DNA of 64,000 bases. Source: Verrucomicrobiota bacterium. GTDB lineage: Bacteria; Verrucomicrobiota; Verrucomicrobiia; Limisphaerales; UBA11358. The notes below the pieces were generated by a model that saw only the letters and a list, made by a program, of their open reading frames with translations, had not been told where the DNA came from and made no database searches. Of the stretch, positions 22,206 to 31,831 are shown piece after piece; position 1 is the first letter of the stretch, and each line of letters begins with the position of its first letter. The stretch is taken from assembly GCA_050012035.1 (NCBI GenBank), contig JBEKHY010000002.1:68302-132301 (forward strand), written 5' to 3'. The position numbers and the translations under genes were made by a program.

Positions 22206-24248
22206 ATGAAAACGCTTTTGGTTTTGGCCGCTCATCCGGATTTCGCCGAAACGATTCGCGCGGGTCTGAACCCGGAGCAGTATCGCATCGTCCATCGCGC
22301 CGACGCGCAGGAAGCCGAACCGTTGCTGGCCCATGGCTTGGCAAGCGCGTGCATCCTCGACCTTGAACTGCTGGGCGTGCAGGGCATTTGGGCCATTGAA
22401 AAACTTCGCCGGCACGATACCCAATGCCCGGTCATCGCCTACACCGCCGCCAAAAAATCCGAATGGGAGGAGGAGGCTTATCTGCACGGCGTGACGCACG
22501 TTCTCACCAAGCCCGTGCGCATCCGGCTCCTGAGCGCGCTGCTGGACCGTTTATGGGCCGCGCCGCAACGCGCCCTGCCACCGCCGCCGCCCGCGCCCGC
22601 GCCCCCGCGGTTTCCCCGGGCCGTGGAACCTCCGGTGCCGCGGTTTGCCGGCGCGTCACCAGGCCCCGGTGTGCTGCGGGATTTTTCGTCCATCCTCGTG
22701 CATTCGCTCAACGCCGAGCTGATGCTTAAACAATTCCTCCTTTTCCTGCGCGAAACCCTGGGCGTCAACCGCGCCGCAATTTTTCTGAACCGTCCCACGG
22801 TGCCGCTCGGGGAACCGCATTCGGCGGAGGAAGGCCGCCGCTGGCGCGCCGTGTCCGCCATCGGCATCGCGCCGGGATTGCTCGAGCATCTTGAATTGTC
22901 GCCCGACTCGGGCATCGGCGCCCAACTGGCGAACCTGGGCCGGATTCTTCGCCGCGACAGCGACGAGGCGCGCGCGGATGCCGAAACGCAAAAGGAATTT
23001 GAGTTGCTCGGCGCGCAAGTCGCCGTACCGGTCTTCGACCGCGAAACCATCGTCGGCATCGCCGTTTTCGACGGCCGGGTCACCGGCGAGCCGCTCGCCA
23101 ACGACGAATTGGAACTGGTTTTCCATTTGCTTGAGCAGGTCGGGCTGGCGCTCCGCAACATCTCACTGCACGACCAACTGGCCAGCAACCACGAGATGAT
23201 GACCGATGTGTTGCGCGAGCTCAGCAGCGCGTGCGTCGTCGTGGGGCACGATTTGAAGGTGCTTCACGCGAACAAGGCGGCGCGCCGGCATTTCGGCCGC
23301 AAAAACCAGCGCGGCGGTGAACTGGAATTCGCCGATTTACCGCAAGTGCTCGGCGCGAAATTGTATCAGGTCTTGCGCACCGGCGCGGCCGTCGGCCCGT
23401 TCAAATTCGAGCCGGAAAGTTCACCCGGCACGGTTTACAGCGTCAGCGTTGTGCCGTTCCAGCGTCGGGACTCCGCCGCGCCCGCGTCCGCGCTGTTGAT
23501 GGCCGAAGACCTCACGCAGAGCGAGCAGTTGCAGCGGTTGGAAATCGAGGCGGCCAATCTGCGTCTGGTCAAGGCCATGGCCGACCGCCTCGCACACGAG
23601 ATCGGCAACGCCATGGTGCCGCTCTCCACACACCAGCAATTGCTCGCCGAAAAATACCGGGACGCCGAATTCCGCAAGTCGCTCGACCAGGCCCTGACCG
23701 ATGGCGTCAGGCGCGTCACGCGGCTCATCAATCAAATGCGTTTTCTCGCGCGCGACGGGCAGGTTGAGCCGCAAGCCTTCCCGGTGGGACCGTTGATTCA
23801 GGAGGCCTATCAGGAAGCGCGCCAGCATCAGCCCGCCGAGACCGCGCAGTTGCATTACGAAAACGGCGGCAAGTCCGTCATTGTCACCGGCGACCGCGCC
23901 GCGTTGAAGCATGCCCTTGCCGAGGTGATGCTCAATGCGCTGCAGGCCAATCCCAGGGAACCGAAGATTGGTGTCAGGTTGCACACCGCCGGTGACAACA
24001 GCCATCAGGACCTGCAAATTGAGGTGGAGGACAATGGCTCCGGTTTTACGCCGGAGACTGCCAAACAGGCGCCGGCGCCGTTTTTCACCACGCGTAATGT
24101 CGGGCTCGGACTCGGTTTGACCGTCAGCCGCAAAATCATCGAAACCCATCGCGGCAAACTGGAAATCATTCCGCCGCAATCCGGCAAATCCGGCGTCGTT
24201 CGCATCTCACTGCCGGTGGACGTTGCGGCGGCTGCGCCCGCTGAATAG
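22206..24248 (+). CDS. Multidomain sensor kinase (atypical REC, GAF, PAS-like, HisKA, HATPase)
   Basis: LAHEIGN, NALQA, DNGSG, FFTTR..GLGLGL. Confidence 0.85.
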   Translation: MKTLLVLAAHPDFAETIRAGLNPEQYRIVHRADAQEAEPLLAHGLASACILDLELLGVQGIWAIEKLRRHDTQCPVIAYTAAKKSEWEEEAYLHGVTHVLTKPVRIRLLSALLDRLWAAPQRALPPPPPAPAPPRFPRAVEPPVPRFAGASPGPGVLRDFSSILVHSLNAELMLKQFLLFLRETLGVNRAAIFLNRPTVPLGEPHSAEEGRRWRAVSAIGIAPGLLEHLELSPDSGIGAQLANLGRILRRDSDEARADAETQKEFELLGAQVAVPVFDRETIVGIAVFDGRVTGEPLANDELELVFHLLEQVGLALRNISLHDQLASNHEMMTDVLRELSSACVVVGHDLKVLHANKAARRHFGRKNQRGGELEFADLPQVLGAKLYQVLRTGAAVGPFKFEPESSPGTVYSVSVVPFQRRDSAAPASALLMAEDLTQSEQLQRLEIEAANLRLVKAMADRLAHEIGNAMVPLSTHQQLLAEKYRDAEFRKSLDQALTDGVRRVTRLINQMRFLARDGQVEPQAFPVGPLIQEAYQEARQHQPAETAQLHYENGGKSVIVTGDRAALKHALAEVMLNALQANPREPKIGVRLHTAGDNSHQDLQIEVEDNGSGFTPETAKQAPAPFFTTRNVGLGLGLTVSRKIIETHRGKLEIIPPQSGKSGVVRISLPVDVAAAAPAE

Positions 24249-24317
24249 ACAGTGGCTTTGCGCTTGTCACCGCCGGCAACCGGTTCTAAAGTGCGCAAGC
24301 ACAGAGGCGATTTTAAC

Positions 24318-24983
24318 ATGATTGAGTTGATTCAATTTCCGTGGAGTCCGTTCTGCATCGTTCAACGCCGCATCCTGGAGTTTTCCGGCGCGCCTTTCAA
24401 AATCATCAACGTTCCGAATCATGACCGCTCACTGGTCTGGAAACTGACGAAGCAACGCTACTACGGCGTGCCCATCGTCAAGGACGGCAAAAACGTCCTC
24501 TTTGAAATCAACGACGACTCGCAAGTGGTCGCCAAATATCTCGATGAAGAATTGGACCTTGGCCTTTTCCCGCCCGAACTCGAAGGCGTCCAGTCCGTCC
24601 TCTGGCGTTACATTGAAAATGAGGTTGAAGGTGCGGCGTTCCGGTTGAACGACATTTACTGGCGGGAAAACGTCCCGCCGACGGGACAGCTTCAGTTTCT
24701 GCGTTTCAAAGAGCGGAAGTTCGGCCGCGGCTGCATTGACCAGTGGCGCAAACAGCAGGGCGAATGGCTGAAGCGGCTCGAACAAAGCCTGGTGCCGTTC
24801 GAGGAAATGGTGGCGCACCATCCATTTTTGCTGGGGTACCGCCCGCACTTCGTGGATTTCGATTTGTTCGGGATGCTGGGGAATTTTCTTTACTCCGGCC
24901 ATTATAAATTGCCGCCGGCGCACAATCATCTCCAGGACTGGCATGGGCGGATGAGCAAGTTAAAAAGGAAAACAACAAAATGA
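24318..24983 (+). CDS. Glutathione S-transferase family protein
   Basis: WSPFC, VPIVKDG..DSQVVAKYLD, FLLG..P..VDFDLFG. Confidence 0.8.
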   Translation: MIELIQFPWSPFCIVQRRILEFSGAPFKIINVPNHDRSLVWKLTKQRYYGVPIVKDGKNVLFEINDDSQVVAKYLDEELDLGLFPPELEGVQSVLWRYIENEVEGAAFRLNDIYWRENVPPTGQLQFLRFKERKFGRGCIDQWRKQQGEWLKRLEQSLVPFEEMVAHHPFLLGYRPHFVDFDLFGMLGNFLYSGHYKLPPAHNHLQDWHGRMSKLKRKTTK

Positions 24984-25582
24984 AAGGGCGGCCGCCCGGT
25001 GGCCGATTTCCCCCTCCCGCCGTGTAAATTTCTCATTTTGCATTGTGAGGGATTACGTCCTTGACGCTCTTGTGCTCCTGCACGCTCCGCATTCCCTGTT
25101 GAACGTTGTGGACAGTCGTGCACGGCTCCCCACTGAATTCATCGGAGAATTTTAGCGCGAGTCCACCGAACCCGGCCAGAAGGCGTACGCCGGACTCGAC
25201 CGTGAATTCCACCGGCTCATGGTCGTGCGCCCGGCCATTTCATAGGCAAGGAACTCTGATTTTTGCCCGGGTCACTCGAAGAAAAACTCGCGCCGTGGAG
25301 GCAGCCGATTCACGATGCGTTCCCGAGGTTGAGCGACCTCGGCATGGGCCATGACCATCGCCGCAGACATCGAATTGAAAAAGGGCGGGTGGTTTGAACT
25401 TGCCGGATTGGCGGCAAATATTTTGTAACTAGGTACTTAGCCTCGACATGGAGAGAATTGACAGTGAATGACCGGCGTCAGGGGCAAACGGGCTTTCATT
25501 TTCCGAGTTGACAAATCATCGTTGCCGTCGAGATTCTTTTCAGAGCTGGATTGGGCGCTGCGGGCGTCTTCAGCGGGTAGTT

Positions 25583-25867
25583 ATGATATCAAACGAGCGA
25601 CCATCACCTTTTGGGGGGCGGCCTTACAGCCAGCCTAAACCGCCAGTCAACGAAGAGACGCTAAAATCCGGGCAGGTGCAGATTGAGCGCAAAACCTTCA
25701 TCTTTACCCTCAAGGAAAATCCGCGCGGACGATTCCTGCGCATCACCGAGGACGTTGGCGGCCGCCGCGACAACATCATCATCCCCGCTCCCGGCCTGGA
25801 GGAATTCAAAAGACTCCTCGACGAAATGGTGAAGGCGGCAAACGAATTGTCGGCAAAGCAAGCCTGA
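25583..25867 (+). CDS. PUR-alpha-like ssDNA/RNA-binding protein (DUF3276)
   Basis: ERKTFIFTLKENPRGRFLRITEDVGGRRDNIIIP. Confidence 0.8.
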   Translation: MISNERPSPFGGRPYSQPKPPVNEETLKSGQVQIERKTFIFTLKENPRGRFLRITEDVGGRRDNIIIPAPGLEEFKRLLDEMVKAANELSAKQA

Positions 25868-25930
25868 CCCGCTTGTTCGTTAAATCGTTGAAACGCGGCT
25901 GGTCCTTTCCCGACTTAACGATTCAACCAT

Positions 25931-26293
25931 TCAACGTTTCAGCGATTTCTTTTTTGGTTTCACCTGTGGGGCGTCGCCCCAGAGACCTTCCAAATCGTAA
26001 CGTTCGCGGATGTCCTGCCGCATGGTGTGGACAATCACGTCGAAGTAATCCAGCACCACCCAGGAGCCGTGCACCGTGCCATCCACGGCGCGTGGGCGCA
26101 CGCCGTGCTCTTCGCGCAACCGGTCGGTGATTTCATCCACGATGGCGCGCAAATGCGGTTCGCTCGTGCCGGACGCGATGACGAAATAATCCGTCACCGA
26201 CGACAGTTTACGCACGTCGAGGATGACGATGTTCTCCGCCTTTTTGGTATCCGCGAATTCGCGGCAAAGCCGGGCCAGTTTTCTGGAATCCAT
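25931..26293 (-). CDS. rsfS: Ribosome silencing factor
   Basis: KKAENIVILDV, DYFVIASG, WVVLDYFDVIVH, YDLEGLWGDA; downstream of nadD. Confidence 0.95.
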   Translation of the reverse strand: MDSRKLARLCREFADTKKAENIVILDVRKLSSVTDYFVIASGTSEPHLRAIVDEITDRLREEHGVRPRAVDGTVHGSWVVLDYFDVIVHTMRQDIRERYDLEGLWGDAPQVKPKKKSLKR

Positions 26294-26426
26294 AGTTGCC
26301 ACGAAGATTTAACCACGGATGGACACGGATGGACACGAAGAAAATTTTGGATCCTCCTCGTTCTGTTCTCGTCCATCATCCTCGAAAAAGTTCGATGACG
26401 AGAACGAGGAGTACGACGACGACCTT

Positions 26427-26999
26427 TCACAGATAAAGCCGCACGGCGCGAATCGCCTCCGCCACCGGCGGCGGCACGAACTGGTCAATCGGCAAACCTG
26501 CTTTCACCCGGGCGCGAATTTCCGACGATGACACCCCCACTGGAAAGCCCTTGAGGGTTCGTCCGCGAAACGGCGGCGGGAACTTCGCCGCCGCCCCGCC
26601 CGGTCGCGGAATGGCGACAAATACCGCGAGTTTTGCCAATTCGTTGGCCTCGCGCCATTCGTTGAGTTTCGCCGCATGGTCCGTGCCGATGAGGTAAAAC
26701 AATTCAGCCTGTGGAAAACGCCGCGCGTAATCGCGCAAAGTTTCAATGGTATAGGAAATGCCGCCGCGCCGGATTTCCTGCTCGTCAATTTCGTAGCGGG
26801 CGAAACCCGCCAGCGCCAGCCGCAGCAAACGCAACCGCTCCGGCGCGGGTGCGGGTTTGTTTTCCGGCTTGAACGGCGATTGCGCCGCCGGGATGAGGAA
26901 CAGCCGCTCCAACTCCAGTTCTTCCATGGCCGCCTGCGCCACGAGCAGATGACCGAGATGAACCGGGTCGAACGAGCCGCCCAAAAGTCCGAGTTTCAT
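26427..26999 (-). CDS. nadD: Nicotinate-nucleotide adenylyltransferase
   Basis: GGSFDPVHLGH, SYTIETL, SSSEIR. Confidence 0.95.
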   Translation of the reverse strand: MKLGLLGGSFDPVHLGHLLVAQAAMEELELERLFLIPAAQSPFKPENKPAPAPERLRLLRLALAGFARYEIDEQEIRRGGISYTIETLRDYARRFPQAELFYLIGTDHAAKLNEWREANELAKLAVFVAIPRPGGAAAKFPPPFRGRTLKGFPVGVSSSEIRARVKAGLPIDQFVPPPVAEAIRAVRLYL

Positions 27000-27004
27000 T
27001 TTCG

Positions 27005-29416
27005 TCAACAACAACGTTTCACACCATTAAACCGTTGTTCCGTAACTTCAACGTAAATCCGTTGCGCGCTTACGGCGTGGCACCGGCAAACCGTCTGCGC
27101 CTGTTGATGCGCGCGTTCCAGGTGCGATTCGCCGGACCATTCCTTCGCCAACGCCAATGCCAAGGCGGCAGCGCCGGCAGCGGTGCTGAAATTCGGGCCG
27201 GTTTCTTTCAGCGCATAATCCGGCAACCAAACCGGCTCGGTTTCGTGCAATACCGCCGGTTTGCGCTGTGTCAGCAGCAGAACCCACTCCCGCACGCTCA
27301 GGAGAATGATGGCCGTGACGAGCGCCAGGAAAATTCCGGCAACAGCAGCGTCGAGGACGTTGTTGAAATACAAGGAACGATTTTGAGGCAAGTCCGTTTC
27401 CGCGGCTTGAAGTTTTTTCGTGAATTCGGCAACCAGCTCTGGACGCACAATCGTTTGTTCCATTAGTCGACATTCTTCAATTTTTGCTTTCAACAGGTGT
27501 GCCTGCGCCAAAAACCCGATGCGCGGGTCAGGATGAAAGATTTTTTGAATGCCAGCCGTGAAGGTCACCGCCACCAGCCAGACCAGCGGAATCGACGTGA
27601 TGAGCACGAGTGCCGGTGAATGTAGGACAGGCGTCCCGCCTGTCTCTGACTTTGCTTTCGCGCCTTGAGTTTCACTTTCCAAGTTGGAGGCAGGCGGGAC
27701 GCCTGCCCTACGCTGCAATTGCATCTTCAAAATAATCGTCGTGGCCAGGCACAGCGCGATGGCGGCGAGCATCTGGTTGGCGATGCCGAACAGCGGCCAG
27801 AGCGAGTTGATGCCGCCCAGCGGGTCGCGCACGCCTTGAATCAAAAAATATCCCCACGCCCCGACCATCAGCGCGGCGGCGATGGGAACCGCGCGGTAAT
27901 TTTTCCGGTCGCCCAGCGGTTTCCAGATATGTCCGAGTATGCCCTGAATCAAGTAACGTCCGACGCGCGTGCCGGCATCCACCGTCGTCAGGATAAACAA
28001 CGCCTCGAACATGATAGCGAAGTGGTACCACAGGTCGAGCCACCGGCCATTGACGGCCTTGGAAAAAATTTGCGCCATGCCTACGGCCAGCGTAGCCGCG
28101 CCGCCAGTGCGCCCGAACAAAGTTTTCTCGCCAAGTTCCCCCGCTAGCGAGTTCATGTGGTCGGTCGTCACCGGAAATCCGAGTGCGGTAACCTGGGCCA
28201 CGGTCGCGGCAGGATCGCCCTTGACGTTCATGCTGAAATAGACGCCGGGCTCCAAAGCGCAAGCAGCGATGAGCGCCATGATGGCGACGAAGGATTCACA
28301 GCACATTGCGCCGTAACCGATGTGCCGCGCATAGCCCTCGCGGGTGATCATTTTCGGCGTCGTGCCGCTGGCGATGAGCGAGTGGAAGCCGGAAATCGCA
28401 CCGCACGCAATGGTAATGAAGCAGAACGGGAAAACTTTTCCGGCGACGACCAGGCCGGAACCGTCGGTGAATTGCGTGAGCGCAGGCAGTTGGAGGTTGG
28501 GCAGCACGAATAAAATGCCGAAGGCGAGTGCGCAAATCGTCCCGAGCTTCATGAACGTGCTGAGGTAATCGCGTGGCGCGAGCAGCAGCCACACCGGCAG
28601 ACTGCTGGAGATGACGCCATAACCAATGATGATCCATGCGACAGTGATGTCGCGCAGGCCGAAGAACTGTGACCAATGCGGACTTTGGTAAACCAGTTTG
28701 CCGCCCCACACCGCCAGCAGCAGCAACACGATGCCGAAGGCCGACGCCTCCAAAACCTTGCCGACGCGCACGAATCGCATGTAACCGCCCATCAGCAGCG
28801 CGATAGGAATGGTCGCGCCAACGGTGAAAATACCCCACGGACTTTCCGCGAGAACCTTCACCACGACAAGTGCGAGGACGGCGAGCATAATGATGAGGAT
28901 CGCCAGAATCGCCAGCATCGCGATAAAACCCGCCGGCGAATTCAATTCCTCTTTCACCATTTGCGCGAGCGACTTGCCGTCGCGCCGTATCGAGCAGAGC
29001 AGAATAACAAAGTCCTGCACAGCGCCGCCGATCACGGCGCCGATCAAAATCCACAGCGCACCCGGCAGGTAACCGAATTGCGCCGCCAGCACCGGTCCGA
29101 CGAGCGGTCCTGGCCCGGCAATCGCCGCGAAATGGTGGCCGAAGACGATCCATTTGTTCGTCCGCACGAAATCACGTCCGTCATCGTGGACTTCGCAGGG
29201 CGTGGCGCGGCGGTCATTGAGCGCGAGCACGCGCGCTGCGATCCACTTCGAGTAAAATCGAAAACCGATGGCGTAGGTGCAAATCGCCGCGATGAGAATA
29301 TGGGCGGAGTTGATCGGCTCGCCCCGCCGGAACGCGAGGGTCACGTAAGCCCATGCGCCGGCCAGCGCGAGCAAAATCCAAAAAATGGTGGCGACACATT
29401 TTTTCAGGTTCGTCAT
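27005..29416 (-). CDS. cstA: Carbon starvation protein A (peptide/pyruvate transporter) with REP insertion and C-terminal RCC extension
   Basis: FGHHFAAIAGPGPLVGP, APRDYLSTF, IACGAISGFH, DAGTRVGR, LWPLFGIANQ. Confidence 0.93.
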   Translation of the reverse strand: MTNLKKCVATIFWILLALAGAWAYVTLAFRRGEPINSAHILIAAICTYAIGFRFYSKWIAARVLALNDRRATPCEVHDDGRDFVRTNKWIVFGHHFAAIAGPGPLVGPVLAAQFGYLPGALWILIGAVIGGAVQDFVILLCSIRRDGKSLAQMVKEELNSPAGFIAMLAILAILIIMLAVLALVVVKVLAESPWGIFTVGATIPIALLMGGYMRFVRVGKVLEASAFGIVLLLLAVWGGKLVYQSPHWSQFFGLRDITVAWIIIGYGVISSSLPVWLLLAPRDYLSTFMKLGTICALAFGILFVLPNLQLPALTQFTDGSGLVVAGKVFPFCFITIACGAISGFHSLIASGTTPKMITREGYARHIGYGAMCCESFVAIMALIAACALEPGVYFSMNVKGDPAATVAQVTALGFPVTTDHMNSLAGELGEKTLFGRTGGAATLAVGMAQIFSKAVNGRWLDLWYHFAIMFEALFILTTVDAGTRVGRYLIQGILGHIWKPLGDRKNYRAVPIAAALMVGAWGYFLIQGVRDPLGGINSLWPLFGIANQMLAAIALCLATTIILKMQLQRRAGVPPASNLESETQGAKAKSETGGTPVLHSPALVLITSIPLVWLVAVTFTAGIQKIFHPDPRIGFLAQAHLLKAKIEECRLMEQTIVRPELVAEFTKKLQAAETDLPQNRSLYFNNVLDAAVAGIFLALVTAIILLSVREWVLLLTQRKPAVLHETEPVWLPDYALKETGPNFSTAAGAAALALALAKEWSGESHLERAHQQAQTVCRCHAVSAQRIYVEVTEQRFNGVKRCC
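27622..27711. repeat. REP doublet in frame within cstA
   Basis: gtaggacaggcgtcccgcctgtc ... ggcaggcgggacgcctgccctac. Confidence 0.9.
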
Positions 29417-29479
29417 GCGGATTGGTTCTGTTTTAAGCAAATCGTGCCATGCCTGACAGAAAAATCTGGAAGGAACGCA

Positions 29480-31159
29480 ATGATTCCGGTATTGCCAGCC
29501 GAACACCGGATGAGGTCGCGTCTGAAGCTTGGCCATTTGATTTTAATGTTTGCGCTGGCGGCACTGCCGTTTGCCGCCACGTTCGCGCTGTATTATCCCG
29601 ACGAACGCCATTACACCGACGGCGCGCTGATGATGCTGAAGCACAGCGACTGGCTCGTGCCCCAAACCGCCGCGGGGGCGCCCCGCTTTCAAAAACCGCC
29701 ACTGGCTTACTGGTCGGTTGCCGCAAGCTATGCGACATTCGGAGTGGGCGTGTTCGCTTCGCGACTCCCGTTTTTACTGGCTGGTTGCGGAACGCTTTGG
29801 CTGACGTATCGGCTCGCGCGGCGATTGACGGGTAATGCCGAAACCGCGCGGCTCGCTGCGGTTGTGTTGCTGTCGCACCCGCAATTTTTTCTCTGTTCCA
29901 TTCGTTCCATGCCCGACGCGCTGCTGGTCTTTTTCATCACGTTGAGCGCGTATGGATTTTTGCGAGGGATTGTCTTTGAAGAATTCGCGGCGGGCGCATT
30001 TTGGATGGCTTACGGCGGCGCGGCAGGTGCGGCGTTGAGCAAAGGACTGCTGGGCGCGGGCATCGTGCTGTTCGCGTGGGCGTTTGTGTTCTGGCAGAAA
30101 CGCGATTGGCGGGCGATCAGAAAAACCATCCACCCGCCAAGCCTGGCAACGGCAATCATTTTGGTCGCCGGTTGGTTCGGTTTCGTTTTGGAGAGGCATG
30201 GCGCAGTGGCGATGAAGGTTTTCTTCAATGACCAGGTGGCGGGCAATTTTCACGGTCACTGGTGGTCACCGATTGGCCACGCACCACTGTTCGCGCTGGT
30301 TTTGATCTTCAATTTTTTACCATGGAGCGCGACGGTGTTGGAATGGCTCTTGCGAAAAAATGCCGGGGTGGGCGGCAATGTCCCGCCGCTTGCGCAAAAA
30401 TTCATTCTGGCGTGGACAGCACTGCTGATTGTCGGCTTCGCGCTTGGCGAAGTTGTCTCATTGCGTTATTTGCTGCCGGCGACGCCGCTACTGGCCGTGT
30501 TGGTCGCCGACTGGCTGCGAAGCGCGGAAGGTGTGCGGCTGATCTTCTCCCTCCGTCGAATTTTGAAGATGGTTTTGGCGGTGCTGGCCCTGTCGGCCGC
30601 AACGGCATTTGTCATCGATATCCAATGGTTCTTGCCGGCAGTACTGTTTGCGCTGACATGCGGTTTGTTTTTGTTTGGCATGGCCGTGCTCGGTTTGGGG
30701 GCACTGTGGCGCAAGTCCTTTTCAGCAGCCGAGGCGCTGGGCTTGGCGATTCTGCTCGGCTGGGTGATTTTTTTCGCCGCCGCGATGCCGATTCTTTTAC
30801 CCGACCGGGCACAGCAAATCGCGTCAACACTTTGGCAGACTCAAACCGATTCTTCCCAACCCGTGCTGGTCGTCGGGGATGTGAAACTGGCCAGCCGCGT
30901 GCGCGTGCTGCTCGGCAAGAACTGGACGGTTGCACAGATTGACAAATTGGATCCGACGGTCGTGGCGAATTATATGTGCGTTCTGATTTCGGAGAAAGAG
31001 ATCCAGCCCTTTCTTGGCGACGGTTGGCGAATTCAAACAGCAGCGGTGAGCTTGGGTTGCCCAACGCGTGAAGAATTATGGGGGGCTCTGAAGTCACGGC
31101 GACTGCCGGACGTGCTCATGCGTCACGCGCAAAAAATCTGTCTGGCGACACGCGAGTAG
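29480..31159 (+). CDS. ArnT/PMT-family (GT-C) glycosyltransferase
   Basis: PDERHY, RFQKPPLAYW, ASRLP, LSKG; polytopic membrane protein; start at 29480 or 29510. Confidence 0.85.
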   Translation: MIPVLPAEHRMRSRLKLGHLILMFALAALPFAATFALYYPDERHYTDGALMMLKHSDWLVPQTAAGAPRFQKPPLAYWSVAASYATFGVGVFASRLPFLLAGCGTLWLTYRLARRLTGNAETARLAAVVLLSHPQFFLCSIRSMPDALLVFFITLSAYGFLRGIVFEEFAAGAFWMAYGGAAGAALSKGLLGAGIVLFAWAFVFWQKRDWRAIRKTIHPPSLATAIILVAGWFGFVLERHGAVAMKVFFNDQVAGNFHGHWWSPIGHAPLFALVLIFNFLPWSATVLEWLLRKNAGVGGNVPPLAQKFILAWTALLIVGFALGEVVSLRYLLPATPLLAVLVADWLRSAEGVRLIFSLRRILKMVLAVLALSAATAFVIDIQWFLPAVLFALTCGLFLFGMAVLGLGALWRKSFSAAEALGLAILLGWVIFFAAAMPILLPDRAQQIASTLWQTQTDSSQPVLVVGDVKLASRVRVLLGKNWTVAQIDKLDPTVVANYMCVLISEKEIQPFLGDGWRIQTAAVSLGCPTREELWGALKSRRLPDVLMRHAQKICLATRE

Positions 31160-31205
31160 CCGGCTTTGTTCCCTGTTCGAGAGTTGGCAGCAGCCCATCA
31201 GTCTT

Positions 31206-31775
31206 TCACCGTCCGCGCAATTGTCGCACGTCCACCGCTTCCATGCCCGCCGCGCGAATGGCTTGCAGGCCGAGGTCGGTATCTTCGTAGGCGCGGCAGA
31301 ATTTCGGTTCCACGCCAATCCGCCGTGCGGCTTCGATAAAAATGTCCGGCGCGGGTTTTTGCTTTTTCACCATTTCGCTCGTCACGACCGCATCGAAGAG
31401 CTGGCGGATTTTCAAATGGTCGAGCACCATGCCGATGATTCTTTGTGTGCCGCCGGAAGCCACCGCCATTGGGATTTTGCCATGATTCGCCTTGGCAATT
31501 TCCAGGACGGCATGGATGGGTTCGACCTGCGGCAACAGCGGCAGATACGTTTCCTCCTTTTCGTGCGCGACGGCGAGGTGGTCGAGCGAACGGCCTTGTT
31601 CCTTGGCAAGCAATTTCAAAATGTCGCGCGACGGCATGCCGCCCGAGGCGTAAAAACGGTCCTCCGGGAAATGGAGATTGTGCCGTTGCGTTATTATTTG
31701 CCACGCGCGCCAGTGCAACGGCATCGTGTCGGCCAGCGTGCCGTCACAATCAAAAATCAATCCTTTGGGGTGCAT
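31206..31775 (-). CDS. HAD-superfamily phosphatase (YqaB/beta-PGM-like)
   Basis: FDCDGTLADT, KPAPDIF, EDT..G. Confidence 0.9.
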   Translation of the reverse strand: MHPKGLIFDCDGTLADTMPLHWRAWQIITQRHNLHFPEDRFYASGGMPSRDILKLLAKEQGRSLDHLAVAHEKEETYLPLLPQVEPIHAVLEIAKANHGKIPMAVASGGTQRIIGMVLDHLKIRQLFDAVVTSEMVKKQKPAPDIFIEAARRIGVEPKFCRAYEDTDLGLQAIRAAGMEAVDVRQLRGR

Positions 31776-31831
31776 AATTTGTCAAATCGTTGAATGGTTG
31801 GACCATCTGCCAGTTTCAACGATTTAACGAT

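Noticed and set aside
28676..29479. N-terminal 268 aa of the 827-aa ORF
   Set aside because: Antisense shadow of cstA; the ArnT-like protein begins near 29480-29510.
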